Shown here: one piece after another, positions 11,607-24,259 of the stretch
Layout of the letters: each line of letters begins with the position of its first letter
How positions within the stretch are numbered: position 1 is the first letter of the stretch
From: Zygnema circumcarinatum SAG 698-1b
Lineage: Eukaryota; Plantae; Zygnematophyceae
Direction of reading: 5' to 3'
Assembly: GCA_037447605.1 (NCBI GenBank)
Contig: CM074804.1
Span: forward strand, 4,317,909 to 4,381,908
Length of the DNA stretch: 64,000 nt
The notes under the pieces: model-generated
Told to the model about the DNA's origin: nothing
The model's input: the letters and a program-made list of their open reading frames with translations, nothing else
Databases searched by the model: none
Made by a program: the position numbers and the translations under genes

Positions 11607-12965
11607 TCATGAGAATGGCACGAGGCCGAGTCCGGAAGAGAATTCAGACCCCGCCAAGAGCTGTTGCAGTTGTGACTGCATCCCCAACACCAATAGGCCA
11701 ACATTAGATTACAATATTGGCAATGAATTGAAACCTGAAAAATGTCCAATACGGTAAAAGACCAAACGCAGACTTCTGCAGAACAACTTAAAAAAATAAT
11801 GTCGAAACACCAAGGATCGCAGAAACAGTTATTACCATCCTCACCTTGAAAAAGGGCGATCCCGTGCTCATAACATAAGGTGAAGGAACTTCAGTATGTA
11901 CAAATTGCAGATTATTTACACGACTTCCGTTAATTGCAAGATCGCCTCCGAAATGATTTGAAGAAGATTTCCATCCTATTTTCAACTTCTCCAAATCCGT
12001 TCCATCATCGGAAAACTTATCACTTTCGCGACGCCGTTTGCATCCTCTTCCTTCCTTGGAAAAAGCTCCGGCCGCTTCAAACCCATCCACGACGGAAAAG
12101 AGGTCTTCTTGCGATCGGGAGGAGAAAGGAGGGAGAGGAGGAAGGGGAGACCCCATGGGGGGGAGCTCCTCATCCGAAGTAAGCGAAGGCGAGTCTCTTC
12201 CAGAAGAAGTACACCGGAAAGTAGCAGCCATCTCCTCCGAGCCCATTCCCTGGGGGCGTCTGAAGTACTTTTTCAGGATTTCCAACCATTCCAAAGCAAC
12301 AAAGTTGTCGATTCCCGGCACAATTTTTTCGTCCGTTTCATCTGAAAATTTAGAGGGAAAGTAGGTATTTGAAGACTGGAAATGTTTTTGAGACGAGAAA
12401 ATGTTTCCTCCTTCAAGTATTGTTGATGAGAGGTTTGAGGAGGATGGAGCAGAAGCAGTCGGAGAAGCTCCCTGAGGGAAACGAGAAGTCGCTTCAAAGG
12501 AGAGGCCAAGGCTGCCTTTGCTGGGTGGCGACTCCTCGAGATCACACAATAAGGCCGAATGATCTGCACACAACGTAGTACAGTCAATGATGCTACTTCG
12601 TCGGATTCTCGGAATTCCTTTTAACCTTGTGATTAATTCTCACGTGCTGTAAGAGAAATAGCACGCAAAGAAGTCCGCTCACCTTCTGCGTTTAGATAAG
12701 GTCCGCTTAAGGTCTCGTCTAAAAGTATCACGGGCCGGTCTCGTGCGCCTCCATAAAGGGCGCCATGGCTGCTTGTGGACCGGTCGATGAAAGTGGCATC
12801 CTTGATGGGTTCCGTGGGAAGGCCGGAGGCGAGGCAGGAGATAGGAGGGAGAGCTCTCGCCATGGCGAGAGAGCCTACGGAGTCGAGGTCGCTTTTCCAA
12901 AGGGAAGCGCGGTTAGCAAGGAGCTCTAAATAAACGGAGTAGTCGGGAAGCGGCGTCCGCAGCAT
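11607..12965 (-). CDS. Orphan protein B, 3 exons (12965-12683, 12563-11845, 11675-11607), paralog of gene A
   Basis: Start context GCCACCATG; in-phase GT-AG junctions (phase 1, then phase 0); motifs SQEDLF, KRRR and YVMSTGSPFFK. An alternative acceptor near 11735 is possible. Confidence 0.7.
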
Positions 12966-12974
12966 GGTGGCTGC

Positions 12975-13070
12975 CTCCCTCCCTCTCCCTCTCCCTCTCC
13001 CTCTCCCTCTCCCTCTCNNNNNNNNNNCTCCCTCTCCCTCTCCCTCTCCCTCTCCCTCTCCCTCCCTCTC
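12975..13070 (+). repeat. (CCCTCT)n with a 10-N gap at 13018-13027, immediately 5' of the gene B ATG
   Basis: Directly visible. Confidence 0.95.
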
Positions 13071-14100
13071 TCGCCGCCGCCCGCTGCGTGTGCGCCCACC
13101 CTCGGACCGCTCCGCCCCGTCCCCCTTTAGCCTCGCCCGCCCCGCCTGGGCCGACCGCCTCCTTCGCCGGCCGCCGTACATTGATCGTACAGCCGACAGC
13201 CGGCCGCGGGGGCACGTGGGCCCTCGCCTCCTGCGGCCGCACGTGTGGGCGCGGCCCTCCGGACGCGCGCCTGCCCTGGGGCCCAGCTGGCCCAGGGGGG
13301 CCGTACGGCCCCCCGCACCGCCCGCGCGATCGGCTGCCGACACGTGCCACGTCACGACGCGGTCATCATGCGGCGGGCCGCGGTCAGATCCGTACGGGCG
13401 GAAAATCCGGCGGGGGCTGCCCGGGAATGCGGGGGCCAATGGGGGCGAGCGGAGGAGGCGCCGCGCCGACGTGGATCGGGCAGGAACGGCTCTTGCGCCG
13501 CCGGGCGGGCCGGGACCGTACGGCGGCGGCGGGCGCTTTGGCTGAGGTGGGCGTCCAATATCGTGATGTCACGCGCGCGTCCACCCTGGCGCGTGCGCCC
13601 ATCGCATCGCGCTGCGAATGGCGGTTAGGGTTTCGCGCATTGACGCGCGGCCGGCGGGCAATGGAGGCGTGCCACGTGGAGGATTTGAGCACCACGGTCA
13701 ACGAGGAATGGCGGGCCTGAGCAGGAAACCAGACGACCGAGGGCGGCGGTCAACCTCCCCCGCGCAGCGGACGGGCGGCGACAGTGGTGGGGCGGCGTGC
13801 AAACCTTTTACCTTCTAGTTTCCTGACGTCACCTCGAGGAGGTCAGCCCCGAGGGCGGCACGGCGGTTTGTCGCCAACGTTTCGGGGGGCGGGCGCGGGC
13901 GGATGAATGCGGTCGGCCGGCGGCGGAATGCGGCTGCGAATCGCATCCCGGCGGGGGGGCTCCGTTCCTTCAACGGCCGCCCCACTCTTGCCCGCGCCTG
14001 CAGTTCAAGCGCGGCCCGCGGCCGTACAGTACGGCGGCTGTCCGGTGCGCCAAGAGCCGCCGTCGCCCGAATGGCGACGATCTCCGTCGCGAGATGCGGT
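13070..14100 (-). promoter_or_regulatory. GC/CpG-rich 5' island of gene B
   Basis: Multiple CCGTACGG and CACGTG; telo-box ttagggttt near 13625. Confidence 0.5.
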
Positions 14101-14866
14101 CCGTGCCGCGATTCGGCTTCGTTATTTGGCCTCGCTCCGTGCCGCTCCGTACTGATGACGTGTTCAGAGTGTCGCGTTGCCCACGTGGGAGATCGGATCA
14201 CCTTGGGCGACCTCCCGACGTGCCACGTAGCCAGCCGAGGCCTATCCGGCCCGGTCAAATGCAGCACCTGCCGCGCGGCGACAGATTCACGCCTGGCAGT
14301 AAATGGGCAGCCCGTGTGCGCTACTTGTTTCGTCGACCGTCCACCAATCGGCTTCCAGAATAGGCCCAAACGGGCAGGTAGGGCTGCCCGGAAACAGACG
14401 ACGATGAAGCCCGCGCGCTGCGTCTGCCAATTTGGAGCTACGTGGCGAGCACGAGGCCGAATCCTATGGGACGTGGCGTATCCCCGCAGCGGTCGCTCGC
14501 GGACCGGACCAAAAAGTTACTGCTGTCGTCGCGCTGGCGCCTGCCGACAGCATGCACGATATATTTCCCTTGCGGGCGGCGAGCAGCAGTCGGCGGCTCC
14601 TGATTGGGCTCTGCATCCGTCGCGGACGGAGGTAAGGGATCCCGCGCGTCGATTTGCTAGGAGTGGCCGCCCGCCCGGGGACGTCCGTACGCTGGCGTGG
14701 TTCCGAAAAGGCGACTTTTGATACTGGCCGTGGGGCGAAAAAGATGGGCGGCACTCGGCAGGCAGGCGCATGCCACTCTCGGCGGGCAGGCCAAGCGGCG
14801 GGGCTTTGAGCCAACAAGTTCTCACAGACTGCCGGTACTGCACACGTGTGCGTTATCGCAGTGCTA

Positions 14867-15692
14867 CTGCATAGGTCGGACCATTGGACAACCATTGGAT
14901 GGCAATGGTACGATCCATTGGTTGCGACCATTGGCAATGGTTGTTGCAGTCCAACGGTAATGGTTCGGAACCATTGGATGCAACCAATGATGAATGCAAT
15001 GGTTGGAACCATTACATAGCGCAAAATTCTATCTGCCGACAACCGGATTCGGACTCACGTCTCGTCGTATATGGAAATACGTACTCTAATCATTATGTCG
15101 AAGAGAAAAAAAACCCCGGCAAAAGAACCCGGCAAAAAAATCGATGTAAAAACCCAATTTAATTGACAAAACTCTTGAATCCACATGTTGATGCCACATC
15201 TCTCCCCTTGACTCCAATGATTGGAACCATTGGCAATAACCGGCTGGGCTTGGACTCAATGGCTCGAACTATTGGCAATGGTTGGCAACCATTGAAATCC
15301 AATGGCTCGAACTACTACCAATGGTTGTTTCGACCTGAAGGCAATGGTTGCAAACCATTGCCAATGGGTGGCTACATTTACGAAACAACGGTTTTTTGCA
15401 GCCATTGCATTGGTTGATCCACTGGACAACCAAAGGATGGCAATGGTTGGACGTCCATTGGTTCCAACCATTGGATAGAATATTGGAATGGTTGGCAACC
15501 ATTGAATTCACTTGTTGCGAACCATTGAAAATGAGTCTTTCTGTTTGACACCATTGGTTTGCAAACAGAAGTGTTTGGCAACTATTGAATCCAATGGTTG
15601 CGCCATTGGCAATGGTTGGAAAACAACTACTGGACGCAACCAATAGACGAGTCCAATGACTGCTGCTAGTGGCTGGTTGGAACCATTACCTA
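14867..15692. repeat. CAATGG/CCATTG-rich degenerate palindromic array (possible transposon subterminal repeats)
   Basis: Many CAATGGTTG/CAACCATTG units in two blocks; begins ctgcataggtcggaccatt, as does the copy at 33616. Confidence 0.8.
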
Positions 15693-15827
15693 GAAACGCA
15701 GAAAGAATAAAATTCTGTAAGAGTATGGCAAGAAGGTGGCCGCTGCATGGCGGATTCGAACTGGGAGCAACACGGCATTGACTCATGGCGATATGGCTTA
15801 CGGTAGCCCCGTGAACGCATGGCATAC

Positions 15828-15935
15828 CATACGCATGGCATGGCATGGCATCGCATGGCATGGCATGGCATGGCATGGCATCGCATGGCATGGCATGGCA
15901 TGGCATGGCAAGGCATGGCATGGGATGGCATGGCA
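15828..15935 (+). repeat. (GCATG)n pentanucleotide microsatellite
   Basis: About 20 units, visible. Confidence 0.95.
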
Positions 15936-16192
15936 CAACGCAGCCAACCTGCCTACAAGGTGTCCACGCCATGGCGCCCCTCGTCGCGCAGCTGCCGCGC
16001 GAAGCTGCGAAACTTTTGAAAGGTGTGGCATCTGCTACAGCTTCATGGTCCTTGTTTGCATAACACGCTGCACAGACACCATCCGAAGGTAGGAAAAGTT
16101 CCTGCCAGATTAAGCACATTCGCCCTATTTTTTTGTTTCGAATCAGTTTTTGAATGTCTGTGAAAACATGCGACCTACAGGTCTCTGCGCAG

Positions 16193-19100
16193 GCGGAAGA
16201 GAGGCGCCGGAATGGTGGAGGAAGCCATGGCGGAGAGCAAGCACGCTTGGATATGCTCTCGACCTCACCGACCTCAGGCGAGGCGCAAGCATTTAGGCGC
16301 TTCTTTCTGAGCTCTTCATCTTTATTTATTATTATTTCTCATATGGAGAATTAACAATTCAGATTTAATTTTTCTTTTTTTTAATGGAAAATAACAACGC
16401 AGGTAAAGTTTTTGGTGTTTTGGCTTTTCTGAATCTCACTAAGAGCTTTTCTATATTCTCGTTCTGTCAAAGCCACCCATCAACAACAACGCCTCCGATT
16501 TTTTTTTTTCAACTCCATGAAAATGGTCTTTGATAATGAGAAATTATGCATAATGTATATGCTCGTGCAGGCTTCCGCACACATGGTATCCGTTGGCTCG
16601 TAGCATTCAACGAAAAGTGGTGATCCATGTGGGACCTACCAACAGCGGGAAAACCTACAACGCCTTGCAGCGCCTTCAGGAGTCTGCTTCGGGTCAGCGG
16701 CCTCTTTACTTTTAACAAACCCTAAAGTATCTCATACTAAAGAAAGGAAAAAATAGTAGACTTTAGGCCTTATACCTTGTTTCGTCTATCCTCTCCCCTC
16801 TGCCCTCCCCTCTCCCGCCTCCCCCCTCCCTTCTCCCCCCTCCCCCCTCTCCCCTCCACCCTCCCTCCCACCTCCCTCCGCTCACCTTCCTCCTACTCCG
16901 TAATCATAGAAATGCTTTTTGGTCTGGCTCGGATTTTTCAGGGCTATATTGTGGGCCACTACGTCTCCTTGCGTGGGAGATAGCGGAACGGATCAACAGT
17001 AACGGAGTCCCATGCAGCCTTCTTACTGGACAGGAGCGGCGCCGCCTCCCCGAAGCGCAGCACACGTCCATGACAGTGGAGATGGCGGACCTCTCACGGG
17101 AGTTCGATTGCGCAGTGATCGACGAAATACAGGTGCAACTCTACATACTGCTCTTGATTAAGTCTCCCATTTAAATTCGTTCGGATTTGTCCACACAAGA
17201 TTGAATTGACATCAATTTTCCTGGATGATGCAATGTCACGAGCTGGCTATAGCAGGAAATTCTTGTGTCCCCATGCGGTGCAGATGATGGGCAGCGCCGA
17301 GAGAGGGTCCTCCTTCACCCGCGCCCTCCTCGGTTTGGCCGCCAAAGAGCTGCACGTGTGCGGGGAGGAGGCGGCGGCCGCCCTCGCGCAGCAGCTGCTC
17401 GAACACACGGAGGATACGGTGGAGGTGGAAACCTCTCCACAGCTTTCGTTTTGTTTATAGTATGCGTTTTCAGACAAGGAATTTTGTATACTTGAGGGCT
17501 ATTGAGGGTTACTTTTTGGGGGGCTTTTTCGGGATTTCTTAATGCTGTAGGTAGTTTTTGGTGTCTCAATTGTTGGCGCTTTGAAATTTCTGTGGAAAGT
17601 TGCGAGGTCCATGTTTTTGTAGTACTCCTTTTACTTTCGAACTCGCTGCATTTTACTTTGCTGCTGAATACTTTCTGCGGATGGCCTTCCAGGTAAAGCA
17701 CTACGACCGCTTGTCTCCCTTGCTTGCTTTAGACAAACCACTCGGAAAATACTCGCGCGTGAGAAAGGGAGATTGCATAGTCGCTTTCTCACGCCGAGAA
17801 ATATACTCCATCAAGGTGAGCTTAGTTGGATATTGAGACCATGACTTGTGCAGGTTTTTGCAATTATATTTATACGATAGTGGGGGTTTCTTGCCTTTAT
17901 CATAAAGAGTTGTGCTGCTCATTTGACGTTTCCCTTTCCTTCTGTTGACTTCTCGATGGGTGACATATTGCAGCGGGAGATTGAGCAAAGCACAAACTGG
18001 AGGTGCTGTGTTATATACGGATCTCTACCGCCAGAAACGCGTACTCGCCAGGTCCCCTCCTCTCCCTCTCTCCCCCCCCACTCCTTCTCTCTCTCTGTCT
18101 TCCCCCCACCCTCTGCTCTCTCTGTCTCCCCCTCTCTCTCCTCTCCCTCTCCCTCTCCCTCTCCCTCTCCCTCTCCCTCTCCNNNNNNNNNNCTCTCCCT
18201 CTCCCTCTCCCTCTCCCTCTCCCTCTCCCTCTCCGTCTCTCTCCCACTCTCGATGGTAAGTTCGTCCGGTTTCTTATCCGCCCTCTCCTTCCTGCAGGCT
18301 GCCCAGTTCAACTCTCCCCAGAGCGGGTACGACGTGCTTGTGGCGAGCGACGCGGTGGGGATGGGCCTCAACCTCAACATCCGCAGAGTGGTCTTCTCCG
18401 CGCTTCAAAAGTTCGACGGCAAAATGTTCCGCCCCCTCAAAGATGCGGAGGTGAAGCAAATCGCCGGTAGGCGTTCTTCAACACTCTCAAGTTAGGAGGA
18501 GGAGGCGTAAAAGGAGGGATGTGGAAGGGAGGAGAGGGAGAGAACTTTTGATGTATGGGCTCTCGATAGCTCCGCTTCTCTCTCGTCGACATAAACCAAC
18601 GCCCTCACGTCCACTGCTCGTGGATGTTGAACGGTGTTCTCTCTCTCTCTCTCCCTCTCTTTCGTTCTGTCCCTTTCTCTCCCTCTCCCCCTCTCTCTCT
18701 CTCTCTCTCCCCCCCAGGCAGGGCGGGCCGCTACATGTCACAGTTTCCCAACGGAGAAGTGACTTGTCTCCACGCAGCCGACCTCCCTCAGCTTCACTCC
18801 TCTCTGAGCGCGTCGCCCGCACGCATCAAGGTCCGGCCAATGGACACGTGGCCCTCCTCTTCCGGTTTGAAGGAGAAATCCACTTGCAATTTCTCTCTTC
18901 ACCTATTGGCCGTTGGCTTTACTCCTCTCCCACCTATTCAAATAGTTTGTGTCTTCCAGCACATGCTCCTCTCTGCCTCTCTCTCTCTCTCTGCTTGCAG
19001 GAGGCAGGCCTGTTTCCGTCCTTTGATCAGCTGGCCCTCTACTCCTCCCAATTTCCCAGAAAAACTTTCCCTGAACTCTTGGTAAATGCTCTTTCCCCCA

Positions 19101-20747
19101 TCCCCGTTTTCGTTTTTTCTTTGCAGCTTTTCCTCCTTCTGGGCTCTACTCCCTGACGTTTAGAATATAAAATATTTCAATCCCTAATGCAGGAAGCCTT
19201 TGTGAGCAGCGCTCGCCTCTCTCCCTCCTTCTTCATACGGGACTGCGAAGATATGCTGGTAACCCGCAGACCTCCTTCACATTACTTCGAATCCCTTGAA
19301 CTCGGAATATTTTCAAAAGGGAGATTGGCAGAGCTGCTTCCCTAGTGATATAGATTTTGAGTAAGTGGGAGAGACGTGGGTGGGAGAGGGAGACAGAAAG
19401 TAGCAGCACTGTTGGAGCATCAGCCTCGACTCTCTCTCTCTGACCGCTTCCTCTTCTGCCAGAGGTGCCGCCCTTTCTTTTCTCTCTCCCTCTTTTCCGT
19501 CCTTCGCTTCCTCTCTCTTCCTTCTCCCTCAAATGAGTGGAAAAAAAAACCACCCACATATGTCCGTATGGTGCAATTCTACAAATGGTTTTTGTCCATG
19601 GTTGATATTGTTCTGCGCATAATAAGTAGAGATTCTCCATGTGACTGAAACCAGAAATAGAACTTTGGCCATGTGAATGGGATATGCGTGTGGGCCAGTC
19701 CTGTCGACGTGGACGACCCTAAAGCCATGGGTGCTCTCCTCCAGGTGTGCCCTTCTCCCCACTGAGAGAGAGGAATAGAGAGAGGGAAGGAGGGTGGGAA
19801 TGGAAGGATTCCAACCTTATTGACTAACGAAGGGTCTTTCCTATGTGACAGTTTAGCTGTCAATATGAGAAATATCGGATAGTCCGGCTCTCCCGCAAGC
19901 TGACACCTGGCACTGTACGCATTCCGTCCAGTCCGAGGGATCTGGCAGAGCTCGAGAGTTGGCACAAGGTCCGCTTCCTTTGCCCCCACCTTCTTCATTC
20001 CTGTCCTCTCGCTCTCTTTCCCTCTCCCCATCTCTCGCTTTCTTTTTCTCTCTCTGTGTTTCTCACTCTCTTTCCCCCTTCCTCTCTTTCTTCCTCCCTC
20101 TGCCCCCTTCGCTCTTCTTCCCTCGCTCTCTCCCGCCACCCGCGATCATGCCTTGCAGAGGGAGAGCACATTAGCGTTTTTCGTGTTGGTAGAGAAATAG
20201 AAAATCCATTTTGAATGTTGATCCTGAAGGAGGCTCTCACTGTGCAGATTTTGGATCTTTATTTGTGGCTGGGACTCCGATTGGAAGATGCCTTTACTGA
20301 TTCTCACGTGGCAGAATCTGAGAGGCAGCTTTGTAGCCTGTAAGCTGCTGAACTCTAAAGGCTTTGGATTTCTCGAACTTTGAATAGGTAGTCGAATTTT
20401 CACAAAATTCCAAACCTAGAGAATCTTTTCCTATTCTTTTCTGTCGTAATTATAAAGTACCTTTTGTTAAACAAAGAAAGGAAAGAACTGAAATGAGACA
20501 GTATTTCTACTGTACATCTCGTTTGTTTGATTTGTCGATGGGTATTTGCAGCTTGATTGAGCAAGGGCTGAGAGCAATGGAGGTATCCAAGGAGGACTTT
20601 TCTTCAACCTCCTTCTTCTCAACTATGAGCACAGCAGAGCGTGTTCAAAAGAATAGAGCAAGGAGACAGTTGGGGAGAGGTGGAGCAGAGAAAGGCGAAG
20701 CTGCAAGCGAGAAATGCGACAGGGGAGGAGTGGGAGGAGATGTGTGA
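16193..20747 (+). CDS. SUV3: ATP-dependent RNA helicase SUV3-like, multi-exon (start possibly ATG 15971)
   Basis: Spliced motifs [109 protein letters not shown]|ILDLYLWL; stop TGA 20745-20747. The 5' end is uncertain. Confidence 0.95.
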
Positions 20748-22803
20748 TTAGAGGACTGGTTGAGCAGGGGGTAGGTTCAAGGAGCACGAAGGGATGGTAA
20801 AGGAGAGGGAGGAGAGAGCGGAGATGGAAAGGGAGGTGGGAAAAGCTGATTGTCGGAGACGGAGAGGTGGGAAGCTCGAAGAAAGAGGCGGCTTGCAATC
20901 GGAGGGGCCTCGTCAGAACGAGAGATGCTACCGAGTGAGTGTTTTTTTCTGCTTTTCCTGAATGGAGGCAAAGTTGTGGGAAATGAGGACAAAAGTGGGC
21001 CGATATTTAGGGCAATAGAGAAGCTGCTTTCTCGCTGTCTTGTTAGGGATTGGCTTTTAAGAGAGTCTCTCTTAAAACAAGGGCCTGAATACTGCCAACT
21101 TATTCAGGGTTTGGAAGAGAAGAAGGGAGGCTCTTAGCGCAATGGACGCCTCTTGATACCCTCATCCTACACCAAAGAGAGAGCTCTCCTGCTTGTAGAG
21201 CGCCAGATGTCGCTCTTTTGGTCTCATAATTCTCTTACATCATTCGTCGTAAGGAAATTCATTCGCTTTAAAATTATCCACTTTTAGTTGTTCTTCTTAA
21301 ACTTATTCTCTTTAGGTTATTTCGCCTGAATTTATGCGCTCTCAATCATTCGCTTTACAAATTAACTGAGTCTTGGTACCACGTCTGGGTCTGTCAAGTG
21401 ATTTTCCAGCAAAACTGAGAAGGACGATCATGATTTTTCCTATACGTTTTTTTATCCATGTGTGAATTTTGGGTTTCTTTGGGTAGCAGGAGGACCGAAG
21501 AGGAGCACTTGGTTTCGGGTAAAATGGCGAAGCAAGTGTACTTCGAGCTCCCTCTGTTGTGTGTACATCCGGGAGAGAGGTGTATACGGAACTCCACATC
21601 AGCACAGTCTGTGCAATATTAGGATTTAGCAACCCGAGCCTAAACTTTACAAAACTCTCCGTTTTTAGCGAATAAAGAGCATCTCATTTGATGCAGTTTT
21701 GCGATTTTGATTGAAGCATCCTTTTTCTTGCGAGGCCTGTGTTGGTAGACTTGTAGCGAGCATTTATTCGTAAACTTTACCAACCATAAACCCTCCAAAC
21801 AGCTCGAAAAAAATCCGTAACGGAGCTCACCCATCGCTCGTTATGGAAAGGTAAGGTAATGGGTGCGATCATATTTGCTTCGTACATTTTATTGTTAGCA
21901 CGTACTATGACTTGATGCTTTAACTCATCTAACGAGTCTTATCTTATCCGTTAAAGTGAAGGCCCTCCCCGGCCGCCCGTCTCCCTCTATCTTCCTCCCT
22001 ATCGCTGCCCTTATCCACTTTTCCACAATGCTTGATATTGTTTGATTACCTTATTCCTTCTTGAGATTATATAATTTGAGAAATTTGAATTTTCAGATTA
22101 ACTTGAGACACTCCAACGAGCACGTCAGAACCACTAAGGACATGTATCATGTGACGGGAAAGGAAAAAATATCATCCATCCTCTTGAGTCATATAATTTG
22201 CAGAGAAAAGCACCGAATAGCAAAATTCCCTTCACATAAAAAAAATGACAGAAAATTGCACGTATAATCCCATAGAAGTTCTTGTATTACACTTTGCTGT
22301 TTCCAAAAACTCAACTCAGCATCTCCCCTACGATGGAACTGTAAGCCTCAGGAAAACGTCTCGCCCCTAACACACTACAAACACTTCCTTTATTGCTGCT
22401 TGGTGCAAAGCAGAATTAAATCGCTTTCACCCCGTCCTCCTCAGCCAAGAATACACAAAATGACCCGACCTATGTACAGACAACCGGTTCCCTTCTACCG
22501 CTACATCTTCAAGAGGGGGCACCCAACACGGGCATATCACAGACCCACCCGGCGTAGATGTGGATGGGGTACCCGACATGAAGATCAGCTAGTAAAGTGT
22601 TCTTGCGAACGGATGAAGTGAAGAAAGGAATCCCGATCAGAAATAGAACATTCTGTTCCCAAATTACAATTGTCCTTCGGATTGACGAAGAATAAACGGG
22701 AGCTCGAAAGTTGCTTCGACCCATCAAATGACATCTGACTACTTGAATTGACGCACACTGCCTTGAATTTCAAATTCCGTAGGCCACATGGTATCCCAAG
22801 AAC

Positions 22804-24259
22804 TCAAGCACCGCAGGAAAGCTGACCAGTCACAGCTTGCTGCCGCGCTTTCTCACACCACTGCCCGAACGACTTTTGAAAGTTGGGCCAATCAGATGTC
22901 GACCATGAGTACTCCTCCAACCAACTTGCAAAAATGAGCTCTTGGTCGGTTGCAGAAAGAGGCTCAATGGCCTTTTGTAAAGCATCTTCAGTTTCCTGGA
23001 ACAGCAAAACAAACCAAGAGCAAATCTTACAGATCAGACGACGAGGTTTACGCTACAGCTTCAAAGCCAGACCCAGATTCCACCCTCTATAGCTCTATCC
23101 CTAAATCCTGACGCAAAAATTCTTGAGCGAAAGATTCGCAAGAAATTGATAGGTCCACTGAGGCAAACAGTATGCAACAAAAGCAAATCCGAAAAAAAAC
23201 GCAGACGAAGAGAACGATTAACATGCATTCAACATAGCGGCCTGATCCGATTTGACTGGCCAAAGCAAAGCGAAAACAAAGTCACGCAAAAAGAACCGCA
23301 TATCCTTCCCAACTCCTCAGCTCCTTCAAAACTCCTTTTCCCCAACTGAATACCTGCTTCTCCCAACTGCTGAAAATGGGTCCATCGCCTCCATGCGTCG
23401 CCCGACAGAACAGCGGCAGCCACAGCAGCAGCAGACGGAACTGAACTTCTTTAGTGACAAACACAACCTCGTTTCCAATGGCCCGGCTCAATATGGCAGA
23501 CAATCGTACAAGGCTGCGCTGCACCCTTGGACTCGCAGCCAGAGCCATGGATGCCAGCTGATTCGCCTTGCTCCACTGCCAGCAAACCTCCTCAATTCCC
23601 TCACACTCTCCCATCTTCTCCACCAGCCACAGAAGCTCAAGGGCAAGCTTCTCCGCCTTGCTACCCTCACTGCTCCCGAAGTCACTCAAACCCGTCCAAG
23701 AATACCGCTCAATCAGCTGTCCAAGGCGCGTGGATCCCTGCTCCCTCCGCAGAGCCGTTTCCAAAAGCTGCAAAGTCCGCCTGAAAGCTCGTGCTAGAGC
23801 AGCGCGGTTAACTGCAAGCAAAGGAACTTCCAGGGAGGCGTTATCAGCCAGCACCCTCTCTGCTACAGCCCTTGCAAATGCATACTTCGGAGAGGAAGTC
23901 GGCAGGTCTGTGACAAGGCTTAACGCGTGTGCGAGAGCTCTGCCGATAGCTCCGGCAGGCTGCTGCTTGGATTGGCTGCGAAGGTTCCTGTTCCTGCTGT
24001 CTCTTGCAGGAAGGAGGACGCTTCCCGACAACCCTGAAACAATTGTGTATGGAATGACAAGAGGGAGCACTGCAAGGCCAAGGAGTTGCTCTCCAAGAGG
24101 GCGCCATAGCACAATAGCTTCGGATATGAGCTTCAGGAAGGAGGAGAGGAGCAGTCGCCATAGCACGGAAGAGAAGGTCGTCTGCCTGTCAAGAGATGGA
24201 GTTTCAGCATGGCGGAAGCTGTACGATGCGGAGCGTACGGGAGCGTCTCCTGCCGGCAT
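22804..24259 (-). CDS. Plant-specific protein related to the At3g05675-type C-terminal domain, 2 exons (24259-23354, 22995-22804)
   Basis: Motifs AEKLALELLWL, LLLLWLPLFCRA, QELIFASWL and SDWPNFQKSFGQWC (recalled family); in-phase GT-AG intron. Confidence 0.75.

Noticed and set aside
14867-15692. CRISPR-like repeat array
   Set aside because: No constant repeat with unique spacers, eukaryotic context, no cas genes
20850-21137. 95-aa ORF downstream of SUV3
   Set aside because: No recognisable motif; SUV3 already ends at the expected C-terminus
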